A DNA stretch of 64,000 nucleotides from positions 1,240,001-1,304,000 of the forward strand of contig JANJGN010000039.1 in assembly GCA_026770705.1 (NCBI GenBank), read 5' to 3'. The notes below the pieces were generated by a model. The model searched no databases, was not told the DNA's origin, and was given only the letters and a program-made list of their open reading frames with translations. This DNA is from Isurus oxyrinchus. Lineage: Eukaryota. A program made the position numbers and the translations under genes. Positions 1 to 12,620 of this stretch are shown in pieces. Every line of letters starts with the position of its first letter. The stretch's first letter is position 1.

Positions 1-178
1 TTCACCCCCCCTTATCGGCATTCCGTAGGGTTCGCTCCCTCCGGGACACGCTGGTCCACTCCTCCATCACCCCATACTCCTCAACCCCCTCCTATGGCAC
101 CACCCCATGCCCACGCAAAAGATGTAACACCTGCCCCTTCACTTCCTCTCTCCTCACCGTCCAAGGGCCCAAACACAA

Positions 179-508
179 GTGAAGCAGCATTTCACTTGCA
201 TTTCCCCCAACTTAGTCTACTGCATTCGTTGCTCCCAATGTGGTCTCCTCTACATTGGAGAGACCAAACGTAAACTGGGCGACCGCTTTGCAGAACACCT
301 GCGGTCTGTCCACAAGAATGACCCAAACCTCCCTGTCGCTTGCCATTTTAACACTCCACCCTGCTCTCTTGCCCACATGTCTGTCCTTGGCTTACTGCAT
401 TGTTCCAGTGAAGCCCAACGCAAACTAGAGGAACAACACCTCATCTTCCGACTAGGCACCTTACAGCCTTCCGGTCTGAATATTGAATTCAACAACTTTA
501 GGTCGTGA
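179..508 (+). CDS. GIY-YIG endonuclease domain of a Penelope-like element (partial; 5' part of the ORF outside or disrupted)
   Basis: LVYCIRCxxC, LYIGETKR, DRFAEH and E...GLN motifs. Confidence 0.8.
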   Translation: MKQHFTCISPNLVYCIRCSQCGLLYIGETKRKLGDRFAEHLRSVHKNDPNLPVACHFNTPPCSLAHMSVLGLLHCSSEAQRKLEEQHLIFRLGTLQPSGLNIEFNNFRS

Positions 509-813
509 GCTCCCTCCCCCATCCCCACCCCCTTTCTGTTTCCCCCTTTTTCCTTTTTTTTCCCCTATAAATTTTATAGATTTTTCTTTTCCCACCTATT
601 TCCATTATTGTTAAATATTTTAAAATCTTTTATGCTCCCCCCACCCCCACTAGAGCTGTACCTTGAGTGCCCTACCATCCATTCTTAATTAGCACATTCG
701 TTTAGATAATATCACCAACTTTAACTTTAACACCTATGTTTTCTTTTGTACCATTGTCGCTGACATCTTTTGATGATCTGCTTCTATCACTGCTTGTTTG
801 TCTACACAACCAC

Positions 814-871
814 CTCTCTCTCTCTCTATCTCTCCGCCCCCCCCCCCCCCCCCCCCCCCCACACACACACA
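814..871. repeat. (CT)n / poly-C / (CA)n compound microsatellite within the PLE tail
   Basis: Direct reading: ctctctctct..., then a poly-C run, then acacacacac. Confidence 0.9.
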
Positions 872-915
872 CCTTAAACCAGCTTATATTTCAACTCTTT
901 CTTGGACTCGAAATC

Positions 916-955
916 AAGTTCTGTCGAAGGGTCATGAGGACTCGAAACGTCAACT
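916..955 (+). ncRNA. Minimal type I hammerhead-ribozyme-like motif in the PLE tail (variant core)
   Basis: aagtt-CTGTCGA-a-gggtc-atgag-gactc-GAAA-cG-TC-aact. Stem I agtt/aact, stem II gggtc/gactc, loopless stem III, GUC site at 949-951. Core is CUGUCGA instead of CUGANGA. Confidence 0.55.
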
Positions 956-2915
956 CTTTTCTTCTCCGCCGATGCTGCCAGACCTGCTGAGTTTTTCCAG
1001 GTAATTCTGTTTTTGTTTTTGATTTCCAGCATCCGCATTTTTCTTTGTTTTTATCTCTATTGTTTAGATTAATTCTTTTGGAGACGGTCATTGCCTGGCA
1101 CTTGTCTGGTGTGAACGTTGTTTGCCAATTGTAAGCCCAAGACAGTGCATTGTCCAGAATATGCTTCATTTGCCTATGGGCTGCTTCATTATCTCAGGAA
1201 TCTGGAAATGTGTTGAGCATTGTGCATCATCAGCGAACATCCCCATTCCTGACTTTGCAATGGAGTGCTGATCCTTGATGATGGAGCTAAACATGGTTGG
1301 GCCTCGGTCACAACCCTGAGGAACTCAGGTTCCACAAGGAGCTAAAAGGACTGGGAGCTCAGCAGCTAGGGCTGATAATTAGAAAGTGGAGGTGCAAAAC
1401 AGTCAGAGCAACTATTTGGAAAAGAGTGCTAGCCTAGCTGTCGGTGTGGGTATTTATTAATTCAGGTCCTAAGTCTCCTGCTCGAATATATCACATTCAC
1501 TGTAGCTGCTCAAAAAGGCGGTTCACGTTCACTTTGCTGTAAGAGCAATGAGAGGTTGTCGATAAATGGTTTTCTTGCTGTGCCCCTCATGCAATGACCA
1601 AATCATTTTTTTTTAATGATAATTTATTCCGTGATGGCGGGTGCAAGTTTGTATCTAACGCCAGTGTACATTTGCCATTTTAATTGGCCGTTCTTCTGGC
1701 CAACCATTTTCCCGGATGATTAGGCTGGTCAACTAGGAAAGGTCAAGGCGATTTTGTGTTCGTATCTGAGAAAACCGAATGATTCAGAGAGCATGCACAA
1801 GGAGGAGGCTGCATCTTCGCTTCAGAGACCCAATAAAGAAAGAGTAGGTCAAATTATCTGCTCTATGTTCCAAAAAGTATATGGTTGCATTCCACGAACT
1901 GTGTTTAAGTAAAGTAAATGAGAATAAACGAGAAGAATAAAATTTTTGTTCACATTCAAAATACATAGGAATACAAAGGAAGATGTTTAAGGTAGGGCCA
2001 TGAGCGAGTGGATGTTTCATAGCCTGGAATTGGAGAGGTTATCTGTTTGAAGCTTCACTCGTTATTTTGATGAGTGGATTTCAAGTTAATAATTTTCAAT
2101 CGCCACAGCATCTGTGAATTGTGGTAACAACCATTTGCTGGCCGTGTGTGTGAAAGGACCAGAAAACGTGAAACACAGACTGTTGTGAATGAGCATGTGG
2201 AGAGGTGGCAGCTCCTATGTTCGTGAATAATTAAGATTGAGCTATGCAAGCTTTCAAAGAAATCGTAAGGAAATCCGAAGCCAAGATATAGAACCGTCTC
2301 TAAGTCCTATTGATCTTGCGAATGAGTGATAAAATGTACCATGTGACAATTGCGCCAATGCCCGGTCTTTTACAAAGCACTTGATGGCCAGGCGTTACTT
2401 GTTTTAATAGTGTGAGGTATATGGAACTCTGAGCAGCAGCTCATTGTGCAACAGTCCGATATTTCGAGGGTGCCAGGTTTCCTGAAACCTGTTCTGAAAA
2501 CCGCCCAATACATTATTCGACCCAGAAGAGACATTGAAGGGTATTTGTGACGTTTTTCTAAGTTACGCTTGTTCGAGTTATTGTGATACTTCTGGTGATG
2601 TTTGGGGTGTTGTCTTGCTGTTCAGAGCAACTGTTGCAATGAGCTCAATTGTTACAGAACCGGGCATCACAATTCATCCTCTCAAAGTCTGCAATAATAA
2701 CACGGGCTGTTCAGTAATTTTCTTTTATTATGTCATCACACCTCATGTTCACCATTGTTTACAGTATACTGTGAAAAGGAGCTCAATTTGACTCCATACT
2801 ATAAAGGAGTATTTTTAGGCGGGATATAATTTTGTCCAGAGTGGCCATAAATTGCTTCAAGTATTTTGCTAATGTTAGTCCCTTCAGGCACAATGTTTAT
2901 GTCCTCCTGCATATG

Positions 2916-3823
2916 TCAATTGGTTTTCAGCTGTAATTTGACTAATTTTACGCACCATTCCATAAGGCACAGCATTCCTTTCTTCAGCTCCTCCCTAAAC
3001 TTAGACTGTGTCAGCACATAAATGAATGTATTTGTGCAGCAACTGAGGAGCCCAAGCATGAATCCCAATGACTCAAGTTCATTAGTGCCAGAATATGAAA
3101 TGATTGCTGTACGCAGGGTGATAAAATAAAATAAAACCGGAGCTGCCCAGAACAACATAAAGCTGCCGGTTATACTGAACAGTAAAATGATGGACTTTCT
3201 TCGGCTTTCAATCTCTGGATCATTGTGATGCTCTCCATTGCAGCAACCACGGAGACCCCTGCGAACTCTACTGGCGGCTAAAATACGTCTCACCGTCAAA
3301 ACATTTATCAACAAAATTAAAATGAAGGGAACAAATGGGGTCAAAGTAAGGGTAAACCAATCAAATGCAGCCCATTCAGCATAAATGAAAAATGTCTGTT
3401 TTAGGAAGCAACCGTGAGGTACATTGCCAACTATATATGCAGGTTCATACGCAAAATACCAGGGAATGTTTGTCAAACAACTCAAAACACTCACTACTGA
3501 TATGACAGCTGCGCCTGTTGTCTCTGTACAATATTTTTTTTTCAGCTCCTGACAACATATCGCCACAAAACGATCGAAGGTGAACGCCACTGTTAACCAG
3601 ACAGCGGCTGATGCGAATATATAAATCAACGTCTCAGTTAGATGGCACACCGTGCTCATTGTCAAGAATGAATCCGGAAAATAAACACCCAGCATCTCCT
3701 TCAGTATGACTTCAGTACAAATGAACAGGAAATCAGCCACTGCCATGGCCATCATATAGAGTGTAATGCACTTGGAAAGTCCACACTTGCTTCTGGAAAG
3801 GATCACAATCGCAACAACATTAG
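2916..3823 (-). CDS. GPR139/GPR142-like class A GPCR gene A, coding exon 2 (TM1 second half to C-terminus)
   Basis: Open frame with seven-TM pattern, AMAVAD (TM2), TFDRFVAIC (TM3) and SCCTNTFIY (TM7). Acceptor ...ctctctctatccctcacttacAG at 3825-3824, phase 1 (G|CT AAT). TGA at 2918-2916. Confidence 0.93.
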
Positions 3824-6800
3824 CTGTAAGTGAGGGATAGAGAGAGAAGGAGATAGACGTCACAGATGAACAAGGCAACTTCTCTTCCAATTACAGAAAA
3901 GGCTCATGCATTTTACCCAAACATGCAGGGCCTGCTTCCCGAGACGAGCATGTACTAAATGTGGATTGGACTTAGTACATGTGGACAGGGAATTGTTCAT
4001 TCCTCTTTTGATAGGAACATCGTCAATTTAAACTGGGGGTAACTACTTTTCAACAACGATCGAGCATTTCGAGGGAGAATCTGTTCTGGACAATTTTATG
4101 GTACAAGAACGGCTGGGAATGTTGAACTTTAAATATTAAATTGGGGTTGTAAAGAGATAATTCATGTGTGAGGATGAAATATAAATTGGGAAATGAAGCT
4201 GCAAAATGGGCTAAGTAGAGTTATACTCTGCAAGAGGTAGTGCTGCAATGTGTGCTGCGTGGTTTATAGATGTGATAAGTTTTTGGAAGGGTTACTGCGC
4301 AACAGGCCTGACAGCTCGAAGTTAAAATCCTGGCCGGCAGCATGGATATACTCTGAAACGATTGGAGTGTAAAGATGGACCTGTTAGAATGGTCACTGAG
4401 CTACAAAGAAACACTAGCATAGACAAGACCGTATAAAGGTTTACCCAGGAGTCCACACAGATGCCGTTTAATGACCATCAAAACAAGGTGACATATTTAT
4501 GCAGATTCGTAGTGAAACGTTGTGGTAACGGATGAGGGCTGATGAGTCAGATGTTTTAAGGCAGACTCAGTAATGAAAGATTAATATGCAGGCTGGGCAC
4601 TGTGAAGGTATAATCAGGTGAATGCAGCGCTAATTCATTGCAGACAAAGTGAAGCAATATTGCTTTGCCGATTGGGTATAGTTGATGCTGATCAAGGCGG
4701 CAGTTGAATGGCCGAATGGGAACGGTGACATTGCTATCAGGTTAAGTGTGCAATATTTATTGGCCATCGGGAAGGCAGAGTAGTTATTGCGCAGCGCAAA
4801 GCTTCTTTCTGGAATGACTAGTTTTAAAGTGTAATGAATGGATATCGCAAAATGCAGGTACAATAGGAATCACAGCGATGCAAGACACATTGTTGGTAAT
4901 GTGTGGTGAGCTAGCAATTGGAAGATGTGATTCCAATAGTTAAAATCAACTATCTATTCTGAGGAGACAGATGAACGTTCCCATTGATTGATCGGATGTT
5001 GATGGAGGCACTTAGTTTCCGAGAGGGTATAAGGGAGTCACTTGCGTTTCATTCACAGTAACCATGAGAAATGATTTGAAATGTGAAGCTGAACACCGAC
5101 CCTCGTAGGACACCAAGTGTAAAAGTTCCAGGTCGACATGGACTGTGATAGGCACATCGATTTGAGTAGATAGATTATTTTAGGTGTATTATATGATTAG
5201 AAGAGGAAAACAACAAAGTGTGTATTACCCGATGATAAAGAGCTAAATTCTAACATATGCATGGTTAAATTAACATACCTTGCAGCTATTTTTATTTCAG
5301 ATTGGTTTGCATCATAACATCCTTGAATTTTAGCATTATTTGGTAAAATATATATTTCTTTTTCAAAATGCAAGAACATTTTTGTTAATTAGCCATGGAA
5401 TTCACAGTTGTGTTATCATATTGAAGATTAAATGAAGCATTTCTACTTACTAGTGATTAAATCCAATAATCTTTATAAATCATACGAAATTGACGTGAGC
5501 CTCGGATAATCATGGCTGCAACACGGTCTCTTTTGTTCAACTAAACTACTAAAACTCCATTGAATTTTGAAGAGTTTCTCAGTGAATTGCAATGAACCAA
5601 TTTGTTCCTGCCATACATTTAATAACTTAATTAACACGGTTATTTATTTTTAATCTGCATTTCAAAGCAATTTAAATAACTCTAGTCTTAATTAATATGA
5701 AACGTAATTGGTTGGCTTCTGAAATTTTGTTTGTACTTCTGGTACTTATCGTGTCGGATAGGATTTGCTGGCTCTTGCAATGGTGCAGAATAGCTTTTCG
5801 GCTGAAATTTCCGTTCAGACTCAGGATGCCCAGATTAAGGAATGGAAATGCACATTCTCACAATCGAGGTATGAGTGAATAGAGAGTTTACTGAAGTACC
5901 AAGTGCTTTCAAGGATTTGCAACCTGAAGCAGACTGAATGTGTAGTTTTTGCAAACTTGTATTTCGGAAAACATCAATGCAATGGAGCAATGTCTATAAA
6001 AGGGGTGGTGAAATATCATTTTGGATCATAATTCCTGAAGATGTTGAGTAATTATTTGCATGAACTTTGAAAAAAGTAAGTTGTATTAGTCGGATAAAGT
6101 CAAACAGAATTTCCCATTCCTGTATCAGCTTGTAAGTTGCCAAGCTCTGACCACACAAAAATAATCTTTATAAGGTGACAAACACAGGCCAGTTGGCAGC
6201 TGCTGCCTCCCATTCACAACGTTCTAATTCGAATGTAAGCGTCAAACTTTGATTGACTTGATGGGAACTGTCGGAGATAATCACAAACAGCCTTGAAAAC
6301 GCTAGGTAATGTATATAAGTTGAAGGTGGATTTTCTTTTGATCACATAGGCTGCACTAGAAAGCGAGGGAAACATTAGAAAGTCAAAGCCGTTTTGACTT
6401 ATTTACAGCCCAAAAGAAACGTCAAAAATAAAGTTCATTAACCCTATACCTATTATTCCCTGAGCAAATCTAGTATTTATTTCACTACAATGTCATTAAT
6501 TTTCACTGAGAGTCCTAATTATCAATTCGCTTTATTGAGCTAAACAAAGATATTTAACGAAATTATCAGCACCTGAAGCTGTACTGGCCAGATCTGTAAA
6601 TAAGGAAACTATTAAAACAGGAAAAAGAGAGTAATGTACGTAATTATATAATGAAGCCGCCAATGTTTTAGCAAATTAATTTTCAAAACTACTATCCAAT
6701 ACATTATCAAGTTTCCAGAAATTTCCTCCAAATTAACCATTGAAATGCCCCACGAATGAACCACGCAATCCTCTACCGAATTTAATAGTGAACTATAGAA

Positions 6801-8329
6801 ACCATTATTCAGTATTTTATCTTTCAAATTAAATATACAAATATCAAGTATATTATCCATATAAGCCCCTGATAAATTAAGTGGAGAAGTGAACATGTAT
6901 ATACGCTGAGGAATTGCTCTCTGCAAAAGCAATCTGCTTCTTACCTGTTACTGATTTGCTGTTTGTGAAAAGAAACATAGAACAGGTTCAGTGCACTTTG
7001 ATTAATTTGCCTCTTGGTGTCGTTCCCGTAAATACCCCAGTCTGATGAACGACAGAGCGATGGAGATTCTGCCACTTTCCTAACTCCGTATCAGTTCAAG
7101 AGTCATGTTTGATTCGTAATGTAAGCACAAAATAACAATTTTCTGCAGCATCGTTTGTATGTAAAGCAGATTCTGAAGCTCCAATTCATTTCACGGACGT
7201 TGTGAATGCTCTGGCTCATGTAACACAGAGTGAGATCCACTGAACAGTGTTTTTTTGGTTATGACACATTGCTGCAGACTAGGTAGCAACAGTTACAGTA
7301 GAAATGCAGGAGAAGTTCCCCCGCTGCAGGTTAAAAATGCGAAAAGTGACTTAGGTACCTAAAGGAACATTACATTAAGTAGGCATCAGACTGGATTTTA
7401 CATTTTGCGGAAACGTGAGATTGGCGAAATGCAAAATGAGTGGTCAGCTCCATCTTGTCCCACTCACCCTCCCTTAGACGACCTCTACCTCCTCAACCCA
7501 TCCAATTCCGCGGAAGAGGCAATGAGTGATGCAAAATGGTGTCCAAATCCAGTTGGCAGTGAATGCCTGGACCTCATGCGGCAGAGTGTAATGCTATGAA
7601 CAGAGAGTCGGTCTGGCTACAAGCTCAAGACAACCTACTCTCAGAATTTTTTTCGAAAAATATTTTTCATTGAAAGCCCAGGCAAGAAACAAAAAAGTGA
7701 GATAAAAACCATGAAGATGCTGCCATCTTCCCCAGCACAATCTGCTGTTTTATTCGATGATGCTACTGGAGGCAGGAGTTCCATTCCGACAATTTGCCAT
7801 CTCACAGTAGCTGCACTAAACAAATTACTTTTCTCGCCTGAGCCACAGCAAATGCAATGCACCAAACAGGAGAACATACGATTGGTTCACTCACAAGCTC
7901 AATACCCTGTTAATTAGTAACCTGAGAAAGGTGGGCCCGCCCGTTCTCCATCTGTAAATGGGGAGAATTAAGAACGCAAAATCATTTTACCCCCTGCATG
8001 TAATTTATCTACGTTGGAACTTTGACTATTTTGAGGCGGGTGGGTGATGCGGTGGAGGGGGTTGTGGTGGCCGGGTGGGTGCGAGTGGTGATAGGAAGTG
8101 TGAGGGTGAGGGTTTGGCGTGCGATTTGGTGATGAAAATTACAGCCAATCGTTTTGGCTGCAGATGTAGGCATTCAGACGTGAAATGATGACACATGTCC
8201 TCAGTTGATAAGCGGATTATTGCAAAGGATTTGAATTGAAACATGCACGTTATAGTTCACCTTAGTTTACTATCACAAAGTAAACACACAGGGACGTCCT
8301 TTCATTATCAAATGACAAAAAAAAAATCC

Positions 8330-10330
8330 ATAGATTCGGCATTATGCAGCACTTTCTTTTCGTGGGAATATTGGCAAGATTAGTATTTTTTTCCGATATC
8401 ACATATTATTCTTCTTGCTGTCCATGTGATGCGGGTGCACAAACAGTGTTTCGAGCGATGTGTTTACAGGAATTTGATTCACTGGCAGTCAGGGAATGCT
8501 GATGTATCTCCAAGTAAGGATATGGTGTGACTTGGAAATTATTTTGCAATAATAGTATTCCCAGACAACCTCAGCTCTTGCCGTTCCAGGCCTCCGATGT
8601 GAAGTGCTCGAACGGATGCCTTTTGTTCACATCTGTCATATATCAGGAGCAGCAGCAATCATACCTAACAACACGGCTTTGACCTGGTGAATTACAAGAC
8701 AGGACACCTTGCATGCAAAGCAGCGGATGCAGCATGCAATTGACAGGTCTAATTAATCCCACCAGGAAATAACGTTAACTTAGCTCTGAAGTTCTGCTCA
8801 TGTCATCTTCAATGTTGTTGGAAAATTCAATGACTCAATGGTGGCGAACAACACCAATAAACACATGGGCAATGATTGTGGAGCACAGCATATCAGTGCA
8901 TATACATGGTTGAAGAACTTGCCACCATATTCAGACTGACGTGACTGGTGGATGCATCATCCCGGCCCCCTTCTGTGGATGAGAGCAACACAGAAGCCAG
9001 TTTTGGGCCAATGTGGTTCACAACACTTGAGGTGAAGGAATGACTGAAGGAACTGCATGATGAAGAGACTATGGGTGCTGTCGGATACCAGCAATTGTAC
9101 GGTAGATTAGTGCTCCTGAATAAACCTTCCTAGAGAACCTGGTATAGTACAGCTAAAACACTGGCATGCACGTGAAAATGTGAGCAGTTGCATAGCTGGG
9201 CCTATCCACAAAAACAAAACAGATCAAATCCAAACAATCAAATTACCACCAAATGTGCCTAATGATCATCATGAACAAAGTGATGGAATGCGTCATGGGC
9301 ATTGCTTTCAATCGCCACGTACTCGGAAGTAACCTGCTCACTGGTGACCATTTTTTGCTTCATACGAGCTCCAGCTCTCGGTTCGGCCTTAAACCAAACA
9401 TGGCCAAAAGTGCTGAATTCATGAGGTGATTGGAGAGCGGCTCCTGTTTACATGAAGACAACATTTCACATAATGTTTTGTCAAGGAGATATATCAGGAT
9501 TGGGGTCAATAAAAATAATGGGGGACCTACACATTGATTGCAGCCATACGTATCACAAAAGAAGGTTTATATTTTAAAAACAAAAAACTGCGGATGTTGG
9601 AAATACAAAACAAAAACATAATTAGCTGGAAAAACTCAGCGCATCTGTCAGCATCGGCGGAGAAGAGAAGAGTTGACGTTTCGAGATTTATATTTTGTTT
9701 TGTTTTGAAGGTGAATCAACTCATTCCGATGACATCACTGCACGAGATCCTATGGGCAATATCCTGAGCCAAACCAACCTGAGCTGCTTCATTAATTGAC
9801 TTCTCTGCATCATATTCCCAGAGGAAGGTTTGCGGTGGGGGACGGGGGTTGGGGTAGTGTCCGCTGACGATTGTTCAAAGTTCAACAACATTCGCAACTT
9901 AAAAGATACTGAAGGAATCTTGCCCGTGTGCATCACGTCCTGGGCAATATCCAGGCTTCTGATGAAAACTGACAAGTCATGTTAGCACCACACAACTGAC
10001 AGGCATATACCACCTACAAAAACAGAGTATCCAACCAATTCTCCTAGACATTTAATGGTATTTCTATCGTTTAATTCCCGATTTTTACATCGATGGAAAA
10101 ACCATCGTCTCGAAACTGTGAAAGGAAGGGCAGGTCGGAAGCTCACAATTCTGTCACGAGGACATCACCCCCTAAATATCCAAAACCTTCCCTCCATCTA
10201 CAATGCACAATTCAGGAATGTAGTGGAAAACACAGCAGTTTTCTGCATGAGTTCCGCTTCAATAACATTCAACAATATTGACCTAATCCAGGGCAAAGCC
10301 GGCTGCTTGATTGGCAACCAGTCCTTAGCT
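8330..10330 (+). mobile_element. Decayed CR1/L2-group LINE (RT region) in intron of gene A
   Basis: Degenerate matches to the family seen more clearly at 30860-31276 and 62150-63620 (e.g. tccatctacaatgcacaattcaggaatgtagtgga, gctgacgattg). Paralogous at about 38300-40160 and, inverted, about 51370-53140. Confidence 0.6.
9576..9686 (-). mobile_element. 111-bp 5'-truncated PLE tail insertion with 10-bp flanking direct repeat
   Basis: Near reverse complement of 941-1050. Flanked by tttatatttt at 9566-9575 and 9687-9696. Absent from copy B (about 39520). Confidence 0.85.
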
Positions 10331-10651
10331 TTAATGATTCAAGCTGTTTATATTTACCGAATAGTTATTCTTACTGATTTTAAAATCATATCAATCATCA
10401 ACCAATAACTTAGCAAAATAACTTCATCAAAAATGGCTTTTTAGGCTTCGCACAATTGCAATCTTGCTTTCCTAAATACCATTTTGCCACGCCCCTCCGT
10501 TCACTGTGCTCCATTTTCCAGAGCATTAAGAGCACATGGTACTTATGTGAAACCTCATGGCATTATGTAAAACATGGGCAATAAATATTCGTTTATGTTG
10601 ACCACCTCCCCTTCCCCTAAGATCATGACTGAATGAGCATCCATGGACGAA

Positions 10652-10960
10652 TCATAGAATCACAGAATCATAGTGCGGAAGAGTCTCTTTGGCCCAATGA
10701 GTCTTCACCGACAAGTGAGAAACACCTGAAATACATACGTAATAACATTGACAAGCACTTGGACCATAGCCATGAATGTTACGACAAGCCAAGTGCTTAT
10801 ACAGGCACTTGTTAAAGGATGTGAGGCAACCCGCCTCCAACATCCTCCCAGGCAGCGCATTCCAGACAGTCATCTCTCCCTGGGTAAAAATGCTTTTTCT
10901 CAAATTCCTCCTAAACCTCTTGCCCCTCACCTTTAACTTATGCACTCTTGTGGGGCATAA
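10652..10960 (-). mobile_element. CR1 LINE 3' end (short truncated copy)
   Basis: Reads HKLKVRGKRFRRNLRKSIFTQGEMTVWNALPGRMLEAGCLTSFNKCL (CR1 ORF2 C-terminus), ending in an ATTCTATG/ATTCTGTG-type tail. Paralog at 40483-40792. Confidence 0.85.
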
Positions 10961-11529
10961 AACACAGTTTTAGGGAGTGGCCAGAAACAAAAACTATTGT
11001 ACGCAGAGGACGTCAATGTCTATGACCAAGACAGGATCGGTAGCACCACTAATGGCCAATCAGGCCGACTCCGACTGATAACTGCTAGACTGGCTCTTTT
11101 GCAGGTGATCAGGGAACCAACAAGGTGCAAAGCCCGAAATGAACTAGCCTCGCCAACCTTCAAGCAGCATATGCACCTGCCCATTACAGGATTGATAGGA
11201 TAGAACACCTCACGTTCCTTGTGCAGACTTAGTCGGCCTTCACATTGGAATGTTCTTCCATGGTATAGTGTGACACTACCGTTGTGCGATACGGGTAGAT
11301 TTCAAGCAGATCAGCAACACCAATGTGAAAATTCGCCAGACACTTTGGGCCATCAGCTGGAGCAGGGATGTGCACAACCATAATTTGGAATTCCAAGCCC
11401 AACCTATCTCCAACTCCTCAATTTCCATGCGGAATTATTATGGTGATGGTTGTGGTGCTGGACAAGAATTCCAATTTCTCCTTTTGGTGTTCGCTGTTGT
11501 CACTGTGCGACAGAGAATTAACCAGAGAA

Positions 11530-12000
11530 TTCCTTGGATTACTGGGAATTAGCTGCGATTTTCCAATGTGGAGACATTGACGAGGCTGACTCTCTGCTCT
11601 CTGGAGCTTTGCCAAATGAGAATTGATCTCACTGAAACATACACCATTCTTACAGTGTTCGATGTTATCTATGATGGAGGGATGTTTCGCTGGCGCGTCT
11701 GTCTAATATCATGAAAAACACTTTCAAAATAACAGATGTGCATTTACTGCAGATATTCCTTCACTCAGAGAGCAGCGAATGTTTGAAATTATCTCCCGCA
11801 ACAGCGGCAGAGGCTCAGTCATTGGGTATGTTGAAGGCAGCACGATGAACCAATTTCTAAATATTAACTGCGCCCAGAGATATGAGATAGTACAAGGGAA
11901 TGACATGAAGGCATAATTACAGCCATAATATAGTTCAATAGTGGAGCAAGCGCGAGCGGCCACCTTTCTAACTTCTGCTCCCATTGCCTATGAATCTATG
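11530..12000 (+). mobile_element. Decayed CR1 LINE 3' region
   Basis: ttcactcagagagcagcgaatgtttgaaattatctccc...gaggctcagtcattgg and a 3' tail gctcccattgcctatgaatctatg. Paralog at about 41380-41855. Confidence 0.65.
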
Positions 12001-12213
12001 TCCTTTTGTCACTTAGCAATGCGAGATTCACAAAGAGACAGGGGAGTCCGAAAATCGTTTAAACCAACTCAATTCAATTCTCCCTGTAAATCAGTTAGAT
12101 TTGGAAGTTTGATCTAGACCAGCAGGTAGTGGAGGGCGAGAAACTAAATGGGGCAGAATAATAAGAACCAGAAACTATTCGGGGTTCGTAGGTGTTTCAA
12201 AATCGGACCACTT

Positions 12214-12620
12214 ATGGCTCAGTCAGTTGAAATCTCCGTGCTGAGATAGATGTTTAACGATTTACTTCCGGCACCAGAAATTCAGAACAAAGTTCTCAGC
12301 TCATGGTCCAATCTCTTAGTGAAATAATTCTGCACTATCGCAAGTAGAACCTTTAAGAACAGATTCACGATTGACGAGGAAAATGTAGAAGATTCAATTC
12401 CACTTATTCGAGGAACAACATTGTTATAGCCAGTTATGTCCTGACCGATATTTCTACCTCTGCTAAAATCACCAAATAAAAAATCCGGTCATTGTCAACA
12501 TATTATCAATGGAAGCTTCTCGAGCACAAATCGACGATCACGCTTACTTTAAGTAAATCCATCAATGTGGTCATGGACAAAGGCTGTTCAAATTCATGTC
12601 TATCAATATACAAGTGAGTT
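12214..12620 (+). mobile_element. Decayed DeuSINE (SacSINE1-like) SINE
   Basis: tRNA-like head (tggctcagtc) and Deu-domain-like core (gtcctgaccgatatttctacctc...aaatccggtcattgtcaacat...ggaagctt...gcacaaat). Recognised from memory of the consensus. Paralog at about 42083-42490. Confidence 0.55.

Larger units (their letters stand above)
1..1055 (+). mobile_element. Penelope-like retroelement (PLE), 3' part: end of RT/linker, GIY-YIG endonuclease and 3' tail
   Basis: ORF 179..508 reads HFTCISPNLVYCIRCSQCGLLYIGETKRKLGDRFAEHLRSV...LEEQHLIFRLGTLQPSGLN, a typical PLE GIY-YIG domain. Bases 1-85 match the end of the PLE RT fragment at 50652-50737. The element is absent at the paralogous site in copy B (about 31290). 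Confidence 0.9.

Noticed and set aside
736-1004. Poly-proline ORFs (also 24177..24371 and the poly-Gly ORFs at 24057 and 57148)
   Set aside because: Produced by poly-C/poly-G and dinucleotide tracts.
3824-3890. N-terminal extension MEEKLPCSSVTSISFSLYPSLT of ORF 2916..3890 (and MFICDFYLLLSSSLT of 33160..34110)
   Set aside because: Non-ATG starts lying in the intron's polypyrimidine tract, not conserved in frame between A and B, and lacking the first half of TM1, which the upstream exon supplies.
12214-12290. tRNA gene
   Set aside because: Only a degenerate A-box-like head of a SINE; no cloverleaf or intact B box.
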